NCBI GenBank assembly: GCA_043822305.1
Contig: JBDRBU010000022.1
Span: 1 to 26,767 of the forward strand
Origin: Candidatus Firestoneibacteriota bacterium
GTDB lineage: Bacteria > Oederibacteriota > D2-FULL-39-29 > JBDRBU01
Reading direction: 5' to 3'
DNA length: 26,767 nt
The notes under the pieces are model-generated. The model saw only the letters and a list, made by a program, of their open reading frames with translations. It did no database searches and was not told the origin of the DNA. This document shows positions 19,104 through 26,767 of the stretch, one piece after another; positions within the stretch are counted from its first letter, which is position 1; each line of letters starts with the position of its first letter. The position numbers and the translations under genes are program-made.

Positions 19104-20300
19104 TTAATAATTCGGGATATCTTCATCTGACTCAAATGGTCCACCAGTTCCTTCTTTTTTTGTTTTAAATCTAAGGCCTATAACAGGAGTAGGTTTACTA
19201 TTATAGATACTATAAGTAATACCATAATAACCACTAAAAATATCAGTCCAAACACTTCCACAACGTAAACACTTAAATTGATACTTTTGAGTAACTGTGT
19301 AACTTCCTGTAGATGGTGGGGTACAAACCAAAGAAGAAGGGTGTTTATGAGTATCATAAAGACCTTGAGCATTACATACATATGGCGTCGTAGGTAGCCT
19401 CTGAGTTGTACCACTTTCAGGTAAAGGTGAACCCCCATTTGATCCAAATGGGGGGTTAGAAATAGCACTATAAGTTATAAGTTCTGTAAATTCACATTTA
19501 TTAAGATCATCAATAACCCCTGTATCACTAGTAATTGCAATATTAACTCTAAGTCCATATACTAAGTTTGTCGCTAATAATGTATTAGTTATAGCAGATG
19601 GATGTGCACAAACACTGAACCCATTAGAAATAGCACACTGTTTAACTCCGTTTAATTTTGCTACTATTTTTAGATTTCCTGCATATCCTGGATTAGTTTG
19701 AGTACTTCCACCAAGTACTGTTATTGCTCCACTATCTGTTCTCTTAAATGATTCAGTGCTAATTGTCGCCATTCCATTATTTGCATCACGATTACTTACA
19801 TGAAAGCAAATATCGTGAGGTGCACCTGCAAATGAAGGTATTATACTTACAAAAACAGCAGAAGTTTTTGTTGGAGGTAAACTATTTGGCCCAGCACCTC
19901 GTGCAACATCTCCTATTACAACTTTATAAACATTAAAATCCTTATCTCCACTAAAATCTGGGTCATCCTTTTCTAAATATTTACCAGTTACCTCTGCGTT
20001 TTTCTGTCCAGGATTTTCAAATTGAACCGTATTTGAACTTGCTACAACACTCTGTCCTTGTGCTCCTCCACTCCCAGTATTTGGTGTACCTTTTATCACT
20101 CCATCTTCTCTTATAGTCATCTCCCAACTTGTAATGGTCTGGTCGGACTGTGGCTCTATTGTACAAGAAACCTTTACATCTTCATTTACAAACGGCGGGT
20201 CAGGATTTATTTCCCAACCTGTTATTTTAGGACAGCATTCTAATATGTTGCCTGGTATAAGAAAACCTATTAGAATTAAAGATATCGCTACTCTTTTCAT
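19104..20300 (-). CDS. Exported modular protein: shared 125-aa N-terminal module plus unique Cys/His-containing C-terminal domain (putative polymorphic effector)
   Basis: N-terminus nearly identical to that of 21305-22552; C-terminus has SDTG..DL..C...E.ITY, DTH and CLRC. Confidence 0.8.
   Translation of the reverse strand: MKRVAISLILIGFLIPGNILECCPKITGWEINPDPPFVNEDVKVSCTIEPQSDQTITSWEMTIREDGVIKGTPNTGSGGAQGQSVVASSNTVQFENPGQKNAEVTGKYLEKDDPDFSGDKDFNVYKVVIGDVARGAGPNSLPPTKTSAVFVSIIPSFAGAPHDICFHVSNRDANNGMATISTESFKRTDSGAITVLGGSTQTNPGYAGNLKIVAKLNGVKQCAISNGFSVCAHPSAITNTLLATNLVYGLRVNIAITSDTGVIDDLNKCEFTELITYSAISNPPFGSNGGSPLPESGTTQRLPTTPYVCNAQGLYDTHKHPSSLVCTPPSTGSYTVTQKYQFKCLRCGSVWTDIFSGYYGITYSIYNSKPTPVIGLRFKTKKEGTGGPFESDEDIPNY
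19926..20300 (-). repeat. 375-bp coding repeat (shared N-terminal module), copy A
   Basis: Ungapped match to 22178-22552 at offset 2252; residues 31-125 differ at only 3 positions. Confidence 0.92.
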
Positions 20301-20315
20301 ATTTTTCCTCGATTA

Positions 20316-21290
20316 CTACTTATCCAAAACAACATTTGTTGGACCTGCTCCTATTTCTATCATTGTATTAATCTCTCTATCTTTTAGATTTATTATTGCA
20401 CAATAACTCTTCTTATCATTACAATTAAATGTTATTAAAGCTTTATTACCATCTGAAGTCACAGCACATAGTGGTATATATATCATATAATTGTTAAACC
20501 TAAAACTATTCAATGATTCAAGATTAATTTCATAAATCATTTTACCAGTTAATCTATTTATGGATTTCATTACTCCTGCTTCTATTACTAATAATGGCAA
20601 TTTCAACTTCTCCCATGGTGGATTAAGCCCATTCCCATCTGTAAATATCTTGTCCCCCTCTTGAACTTTCTTTTTGCTTTCATCTTGCATATCTTCATAT
20701 AAAGCCACACCAGGCACCCATGTCTTATCTCCCCTTTTACCGCCCGGCCATATTGCAACCATTTTTTTTCCATCGCTACTAAAAATACTCTCCTGATCAA
20801 TCGGAATATCTGATGCAAACATAATTTCTCCTGAATCAGGATTAATTGCAGTGGTTAGCTTATTATGTTTTGGATTATAGTATCCTGCATAAATTATACC
20901 TTCCGGGGAATATCTTATTTGATAGACTTCTGGAGATCCATGTTCTGGTGTATCAGAATCTAATTTTATTCTTTTAATAACTTCCATCTTTTCTATACTT
21001 ATCCCAATAATCCCGTATTGAGATATTTGTCTACGAGCATGCTCATTTGAAATATACAAAATACCATTTTTTGAATCAATATCAATACTGCTCGGATGTC
21101 CTAATTCTTCAAATGGACCAGCAGTTTTAATCAATTTTTCGCTGTTTGTATCTATAACATAAATTTTTTTATCTGTACAAACAATAAAAGCAAGTTGATT
21201 TTTATCTGTTTCACATAACACAAAACAAGGAATTGCAAAAACATAAAAGAAATATATTATTATTTTCAAATAATTTTTATTATTTTTCAT
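20316..21290 (-). CDS. Exported YncE/YVTN-like beta-propeller protein; putative partner/immunity protein of 21305-22552
   Basis: Signal peptide; blade-like repeats KIYVIDTNSEKLIKT, AVTSDGNKALIT and IEIGAGPTNVV; GAGGTG RBS. Confidence 0.75.
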   Translation of the reverse strand: MKNNKNYLKIIIYFFYVFAIPCFVLCETDKNQLAFIVCTDKKIYVIDTNSEKLIKTAGPFEELGHPSSIDIDSKNGILYISNEHARRQISQYGIIGISIEKMEVIKRIKLDSDTPEHGSPEVYQIRYSPEGIIYAGYYNPKHNKLTTAINPDSGEIMFASDIPIDQESIFSSDGKKMVAIWPGGKRGDKTWVPGVALYEDMQDESKKKVQEGDKIFTDGNGLNPPWEKLKLPLLVIEAGVMKSINRLTGKMIYEINLESLNSFRFNNYMIYIPLCAVTSDGNKALITFNCNDKKSYCAIINLKDREINTMIEIGAGPTNVVLDK

Positions 21291-21304
21291 TTTTCACCTC
21301 ATCT

Positions 21305-22552
21305 TTACCATGGTGGATTATTGATAATTCCCCTTACTGCTGTGGTATAGATACAACCTGCTGGATGATCAATACAAGTTCTATTACCATTATGATCATA
21401 TATTGTTCTACTTACATTAGGATTAGATGCAGGACCATAACGTGCAAATGCATCATCCCAAACCCAATCAGAATGCTCTGTTCTTGGATTCCACGCCCAA
21501 TCATCGTCAGTTCCTGGTGTTTTTTTAAAATAGTCATACCAATGGTTCAAATAAGTTTGTGCTTCTGTATGTACTGAATTAAGTGCTGTAACTCCATTAG
21601 TCAAATTAGTATTCCAATTCTAAATCTCAGATTCACTTGCAGGAGTAGATTGCATCAATCCATATCCTCCATCATGTGCGTAACATGGCAATGGCATTCC
21701 TATGCCAGTATAACGAGTTGCATTGAATTGACAATGTCCACTTTCTTTCCAGCAAACAGCCTTTGCTTCAATAAAACTAGCTATAGAAAATATTAGTGCT
21801 TGTGTAGGATTAGTACCATTTATCTCATAACCTTCCTTCTCATCTTTAATTTCTCTTAAATCATCATTTTTTTTTGCAACTACATAAACTTTAACATTAC
21901 CACCAGCTAATAATCCTTGCCAATCAGGTGTCCAATCTCCATTGTTTAAACTACCAGAAATATCAACAGTATTATTTTCAGGAATTCTATGAGAAATAGT
22001 TTGACTGTTAGGATCTCTGATAAATTTGTCTTCCAAATACCATTTAAATGTAAATTTAGCAGCATTTACTTCAGCATTTATCGGTACTATATCAGCATGA
22101 AAAGTAGGATTTGGCATTGAAGGACTTGTATCTATATTCATTGCTATTGTAATTGATGTAGTAGGTATCTTTACTCCATACACATTAAAATCCTTATCTC
22201 CACTAAAATCTGGATCATCCTTTTCTAAATATTTACCAGTTACCTTTGCATTTTTCTGTCCAGGATTTTCAAATTGAATAGTATTTGAACTTGCTACAAC
22301 TTCCTGTCCTTGTGCTCCTCCACTCCCAGTATTTGGTGTACCTTTTATCACTCCATCTTCTCTTATAGTCATCTCCCAACTTGTAATGGTCTGGTCGGAC
22401 TGTGGCTCTATTGTACAAGAAACTTTCACATCTTCATTTACAAATGGTGGGTCAGGGTTGATTTTCCAACCTGTTATTGCAGGACAACCTTCCAGAATGT
22501 TACCTGGTATAATAAAACCTATTACAATTAAAAATATTATCAATCTTTTCAT
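21305..22552 (-). pseudogene. Exported modular protein with C-terminal SLT/lysozyme-like domain, split by an in-frame TAG at 21622-21620
   Basis: ORFs 21620-22552 and 21305-21604 are in the same frame (SEI*NWNTNLTNGVTAL). SLT motifs WKES, GYGLMQ, N..G...L and AFARY span the stop. Confidence 0.8.
22178..22552 (-). repeat. 375-bp coding repeat (shared N-terminal module), copy B
   Basis: Matches 19926-20300; similarity stops abruptly after ...GDKDFNVY. Confidence 0.92.
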
Positions 22553-22566
22553 ACTCTCTCCTCCTT

Positions 22567-22625
22567 GTGGTTGCTCAATTCATTGACCCCGTATTAAATA
22601 CGGGGCTGATGAATCAGGCAACTAC
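22567..22625. repeat. REPIN-like long imperfect palindrome with GTAG/GTGG termini
   Basis: GTGGTTGCTCAATTCATTGACCCCGTATT-A-AATACGGGGCTGATGAATCAGGCAACTAC. Confidence 0.75.
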
Positions 22626-22648
22626 ATTATATCAAATATTAACTTTTT
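22623..22648 (+). repeat. 26-bp direct repeat, copy 2
   Basis: Identical to 18194-18219. Confidence 0.8.
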
Positions 22649-22653
22649 GTCAA
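22626..22653 (-). promoter_or_regulatory. Consensus sigma70 promoter for the four-gene effector/partner cassette
   Basis: Minus strand TTGACA (22653-22648), 16 bp, TATAAT (22631-22626). Confidence 0.7.
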
Positions 22654-22662
22654 GAATTTTTT

Positions 22663-25600
22663 TTAATTTATAAAAAAGACTCTCATATAGTCACTATCTT
22701 CTACTTGCTCATCAAAATCATCTTTTATCTCTTTGCCTTTTATTATATAAATTTCTTTTTGTCCCATCCTTGTTTTTCTTAATATAACTATCTTTCCATC
22801 ACTTGTTAAATCTTCTATTTTACCATCAAAACTTATAGCATCATCCAGTTCATCTTCTTTTACTTTAACATATAATTTATTTTCTTCTTTTTTACTTTCT
22901 AAAGTTGGCGAATATGCAATTCTTTTCTTAAAATATACACTATCTGTTCCAAACACTTTTATCTTCTCTTCACCAATATCTGGCTTGTAATTTTTATCTA
23001 CCTTTTCTTCTTTACTTTTCTTTTTATCATGCACATAAGGGTAAATAATAAAACTCATATCTTTTCCTGTAGTAATCATTCTTTTTTCTTCATCATCCAC
23101 TTGTAATACTTTATCAAACGGTTCTATCCAAATTTCACCTTCTTCATATCCAAAATAAGAGTCATCTTTAGAACTAAATAAACATCTTTCTTTTTTATTG
23201 ATTGTTTTTACTTTACTCTCTTCTTTACATACTCTTAAAGTATTTAAATTAAAAATTACATTTTTTTCTTTGCTATCTCTTACATTTATTAAAAAGTAAC
23301 CAGGTATAACCTCTGAATTATAATTACAAGAAACAGGTTTCATATTTACTATTTCTATGTAGTTCATATTGTCTTCCTTTTGAGATAGCTTAATATAATT
23401 TATTCTTCCTGTAATTAACATCTCTGATAATTCATAAATACTTTTTGGTTCTTGTTCTATAAATGCTAATGTCCTTCCATATGGCGTGATTTCAATATTC
23501 GCATTATTTAAATCTATGGCTAACATTATCTGCCTTTCTCCAAGTAATTCTCTATCTAATTCCTTATCTTCAAACTCCATATCTAATCTTCTATCCCTTA
23601 TATTCCAACTATTTCTCATTACAAAAATTTTGCTTTTGAGAAGATAAACATTGGTTCTTTCTGGTGAAAATGAGTTTTCCATTAAAAGTCCACCAAACGC
23701 TACATATCTAAAATCCTTCCTTTTATACATCTTACTTGCCCAATAAAATATTTCCCTTATATTTTCATCGTTTATTTTATCTGCTATTTTTAATACTGTT
23801 CCATCTGGCTCACTAACATACATTAAAAATTCTACCATTTTTTCTACTAGACTAATAAGTTCCTGCGGAATTTCTATATTATTTAAATTTGCTAACCGTA
23901 TTAACTCTATTAATATTCGCGTTATTTTAGTTGTTTCTTTTTCTTTATCCATACCTTCTTCATTAATTCTTGCCTGTAAAAATTCTATTATCTGTTTAAA
24001 TCCTTTTTCTATACTTTCTTTAGAACCATTTAACTCTGGATAAAGTATTCCATATCTTATTAATCCTTTTGATTCTTCTATGATTTCTAATGAATCTGTC
24101 TTAGATGGACTTTTTAACAATAATTCTGCATCTTCAATAAACCTCTTTTTAATTAAATCTGCAAGTCCTGTATCTTTCTCTAAAACTTCTTTTATAGAAT
24201 TAGCCATTCTAATTAATTCATTTAATCTTAATGCAGATTTTTCATTAGTTGTTACCTTTAGTTGCTCTAAATAATCTTTTAAAGTTTGCAAATACTTTTT
24301 TAAATATTTTTCTTCATTATTTATATTATTTTTTTCTTTATCAAATTTATAAGCCAAGACCCATTTCATCCAATCATTGTATATCTTAGCATCTAAATCG
24401 CTTTTTATTTTCCCTTCATTATATTTTTTTATCCAATCTAAAACATCTTTATATATCCAATTTAATGTTGAATCTTGATGTGGAACCTTATAAAATAGTA
24501 AGTCTATTGGGCTTTTTATGTTACTTTTCTCAATATCTTTATAAGCGAAATAATACGGAAACTTTATTTTTTCTGCTATTACTTCTGCTTCTTTCTCTTT
24601 ATTTCCATCATAATTTATTGAAAAACATAATCTTGCTCTATGCTTTCTACTTGTTGTTCGTTCATAACTGAACATATGTGAAACTTCAAATGGAACTTCT
24701 ACATTATTATAAATAACTTTAGTAATTTGATAACCTTCTTTTATTGGTATTTGTTTATCTTTATAATACATTTCTGTTACATCTACTATTCCCAAACAGG
24801 GTGAACCAACAGGAACTTTTTGAAATTTAAATTTTACTTTTGTTTGAATTTTGTCTCCTTTACTATCGTCAAACTTTAACTCAGGGTTTTCTGTTGTGTC
24901 TAAAAGATGAAAACTTAATGCAGTTCCATACCTTAATTTCTCTGCATGATTCTGAAATGGTGCTACAAACTGATAGTAAACATTGCGACTCCTGTTTTTT
25001 CTATTGTTTGGATCATCTCCCAGCCAAAATCTATCTATTGTATATCCCTGAGGTTCTGCTTTCATACCGTAATATGCTTCTGATTCTACTTTCTCAGGAT
25101 AACCATCATATGGAGTGGCTATCCAATATGGTTCTTTCCCATCTAAAAATTCTCCAGTCTCTATTACCCAATCATCTAAATTTCTAAAACTACTTGGATT
25201 ACCTTTGAATAAATAATATTTTTTGAAAGCAGATATAAATTCTTCATCAGTTAATATTCCATTTTTCCATGCATTATATCCATAATCCAACAATACTGGA
25301 TATGCAGAACCATTTATTCCTTCTGTGCCTTTAGGAACTTTTATTCCAGTCTCTTCGTCAAAATAATTCTCCATTATGTCTTTCCATAATGTTTTAAATT
25401 TATCTTTTAAGTCTAACTTTCTATAAATTTCTAAAAATGGTATTGTTGAAGGAGCGGTTAAACTTCCACCATACATAAAAACAGCCTTCTTTAATCCATT
25501 TTTTGAATATAAATATTTTAGTAGACTATTTATTTCTTTAGATTCATCTACGAATTTATTTTTACTACTAAAATACTCTGTTAATTCTAATATTCTATCA

Positions 25601-26484
25601 TCTAAGTATTCTATACGATAGTCATTACTATGATTTACTCTCTCATTTAAATAAGTCTTTAAAAATAATCTAAGTTTTGTGTCATATTTATCAGTATCTA
25701 TTCCCAGATTATATAATGATTTTACCAAATATATAACATCTTGACCTAAACATCCCCAACTAATTCCACCTACTTGTTTAACAGGATTAGATGGTTCCAC
25801 ATCTTCTGACCTGTAGTAAAATCTTCCCCCTTTCCATACTATCATATAATCTCTATTCCAAAAATCAAGCATACCTTCTAATATTTCTATTAATTGAGAC
25901 TTTGTTTTACTATCAAGATATTTTGCTACCTCAGATAGTTCTAACATTCCTATACCAAATGCATCTGGAAACCCTGCTGATTTTATAAAATACTTTCCTT
26001 TACTCTGGTCATATGGAAAGCGACGGTCTCCACTCCCTTTTTCTGAATAACCATAAAATTTACCATCATCTGCTACCAATTGATGAGTTGGTAACCAATT
26101 CTCTCCATCTTTATCTTTTGTGTTCTTATATACCTGATATAATTTATCTATTATCTGCTCTGAAAGTTCTTTATATTCTGGAATCTCTGTTTTTGCATAA
26201 TATCTCAGGTAACCATTCGCCTTTGATGGATACTGGGCAAAAAAAACCCATTTACAATAATACAAATCTCCATTAACATCAGCATTTTCTCCAAATAATC
26301 CATTAAAATTATATACACCTTTTATGAAAGATTCTAAACTACGAAATACTGAGATTTGACCAGAAAGGATTTGATAATCAGTAGATAATGGATGAGAATA
26401 AAGAAATGAACTTGATGCAATAAGTAAATACCAAATTATTACCCATATTTTTTTTCTGACTTTATTATCAATAACTTCTTTCAT
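22663..26484 (-). CDS. Large exported protein with degenerate heparinase II/III-like C-terminal region and unassigned N-terminal region
   Basis: Signal/TM segment after MKEVIDNK (ATG 26484 preferred over GTG 26535, which lies in the inverted repeat). EKMVEFLMYVSEPDGTVLKIAD, RKDFRYVA and SKIFVMRNSW resemble heparinase II/III motifs. Confidence 0.7.
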   Translation of the reverse strand: MKEVIDNKVRKKIWVIIWYLLIASSSFLYSHPLSTDYQILSGQISVFRSLESFIKGVYNFNGLFGENADVNGDLYYCKWVFFAQYPSKANGYLRYYAKTEIPEYKELSEQIIDKLYQVYKNTKDKDGENWLPTHQLVADDGKFYGYSEKGSGDRRFPYDQSKGKYFIKSAGFPDAFGIGMLELSEVAKYLDSKTKSQLIEILEGMLDFWNRDYMIVWKGGRFYYRSEDVEPSNPVKQVGGISWGCLGQDVIYLVKSLYNLGIDTDKYDTKLRLFLKTYLNERVNHSNDYRIEYLDDRILELTEYFSSKNKFVDESKEINSLLKYLYSKNGLKKAVFMYGGSLTAPSTIPFLEIYRKLDLKDKFKTLWKDIMENYFDEETGIKVPKGTEGINGSAYPVLLDYGYNAWKNGILTDEEFISAFKKYYLFKGNPSSFRNLDDWVIETGEFLDGKEPYWIATPYDGYPEKVESEAYYGMKAEPQGYTIDRFWLGDDPNNRKNRSRNVYYQFVAPFQNHAEKLRYGTALSFHLLDTTENPELKFDDSKGDKIQTKVKFKFQKVPVGSPCLGIVDVTEMYYKDKQIPIKEGYQITKVIYNNVEVPFEVSHMFSYERTTSRKHRARLCFSINYDGNKEKEAEVIAEKIKFPYYFAYKDIEKSNIKSPIDLLFYKVPHQDSTLNWIYKDVLDWIKKYNEGKIKSDLDAKIYNDWMKWVLAYKFDKEKNNINNEEKYLKKYLQTLKDYLEQLKVTTNEKSALRLNELIRMANSIKEVLEKDTGLADLIKKRFIEDAELLLKSPSKTDSLEIIEESKGLIRYGILYPELNGSKESIEKGFKQIIEFLQARINEEGMDKEKETTKITRILIELIRLANLNNIEIPQELISLVEKMVEFLMYVSEPDGTVLKIADKINDENIREIFYWASKMYKRKDFRYVAFGGLLMENSFSPERTNVYLLKSKIFVMRNSWNIRDRRLDMEFEDKELDRELLGERQIMLAIDLNNANIEITPYGRTLAFIEQEPKSIYELSEMLITGRINYIKLSQKEDNMNYIEIVNMKPVSCNYNSEVIPGYFLINVRDSKEKNVIFNLNTLRVCKEESKVKTINKKERCLFSSKDDSYFGYEEGEIWIEPFDKVLQVDDEEKRMITTGKDMSFIIYPYVHDKKKSKEEKVDKNYKPDIGEEKIKVFGTDSVYFKKRIAYSPTLESKKEENKLYVKVKEDELDDAISFDGKIEDLTSDGKIVILRKTRMGQKEIYIIKGKEIKDDFDEQVEDSDYMRVFFIN

Positions 26485-26525
26485 AAAAAAGCATTTTTTC
26501 CTTTTGTGGTAAATCAGGCAACTGC

Positions 26526-26542
26526 ATTGCCACACAGCCTCT
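26526..26542 (-). repeat. Right inverted repeat of the accessory region
   Basis: Reverse complement is AGAGGCTGTGTGGCAAT; 16/17 match to 17911-17927. Confidence 0.65.
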
Positions 26543-26674
26543 TCTCCTAGAATTTACCTGTTTATATTTCTTTAATTTTACTTATTACATCTTTCATTAA
26601 CTGATAATACTTTTTACATTTAAATTATAGAGACTTCCTCAAGTTTAATGTAATATTTTTTATTATATATAGTA

Positions 26675-26737
26675 TATAATATGGTAACCTATATGTAAAG
26701 GAAAAAGTTTATACCTTTTAAAGGAGGTTACCAAATG
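26675..26737 (+). promoter_or_regulatory. -10 box and RBS-sequestering hairpin in front of a partial gene (possible IS left end)
   Basis: TATAAT at 26675-26680; TGGTAACCT (26682-26690) pairs with AGGTTACCA (26725-26733), overlapping AAGGAGG. Confidence 0.5.
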
Positions 26738-26767
26738 GTTAATTTTGATAAAAGTAAAATTAAAGTA
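26735..26767 (+). CDS. Partial gene start (MVNFDKSKIKV...), product unknown, possibly a transposase
   Basis: AAGGAGG then ATG 26735, open to the window end; only 11 codons are visible. Confidence 0.5.
   Translation, partial: MVNFDKSKIKV

Noticed and set aside
21620..21622. Genome-wide TAG reassignment or pyrrolysine readthrough
   Set aside because: TAG ends other genes normally (6253-6255 and 20318-20316), no pyl genes are visible, and a TGG-to-TAG point change is simpler.
19926..22552. Diversity-generating retroelement (TR/VR) explanation for the repeat
   Set aside because: No reverse transcriptase is present in the window, both copies are coding N-termini, and the mismatches are mostly synonymous rather than adenine-specific.
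19178..26276. Short alternative-frame or antisense ORFs in the accessory region, including the similar pairs 20058/22310 and 20134/22386
   Set aside because: They overlap longer genes; the paired similarity is a by-product of the 375-bp coding repeat.
26490..26565. GEMM-I or c-di-GMP-II riboswitch upstream of the large gene
   Set aside because: The GC-richer patch is explained by a REP half plus the inverted repeat; the GGCAAA...GAAA...GACGCAAAGC core is absent. An Infernal scan would be decisive.
1..26767. CRISPR array, tRNA or rRNA genes; whole window as a composite transposon
   Set aside because: No regularly spaced repeats or RNA-gene signatures were seen. The two IS-like ends differ in sequence and enclose the core genes rpsO and pnp.

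Overview
AT-rich bacterial chromosome segment, probably from a diderm (ExbB/ExbD and many exported proteins). Left to right: (1) an MFS transporter gene whose 3' end appears replaced by an IS-like end; (2) two recently duplicated 7TM-GAF-GGDEF genes, the first carrying the Asp-to-Ser change that marks Hypr (3',3'-cGAMP-forming) GGDEF enzymes and the second canonical; (3) an operon encoding a HEAT protein, a stand-alone membrane MshEN (cyclic-dinucleotide-binding) protein, a HEAT/QW-repeat protein, a large TPR protein, ExbB-ExbD-ExbD and an FxLYD-like protein, with no TonB; (4) the convergent core block rpsO-pnp-M16 peptidase; (5) an ~8.6 kb accessory region upstream of rpsO, bounded by a 17-bp inverted repeat. 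This region holds two exported proteins with a near-identical 125-aa N-terminus but unrelated C-termini (one an SLT-like muramidase broken by a TAG), each followed by an exported partner gene, plus a degenerate heparinase II/III-like protein. Both window ends show an outward-reading gene start whose RBS lies in a hairpin, as in IS elements. No tRNA, rRNA or CRISPR array was seen. All family assignments are motif recognition by eye; no searches were run.
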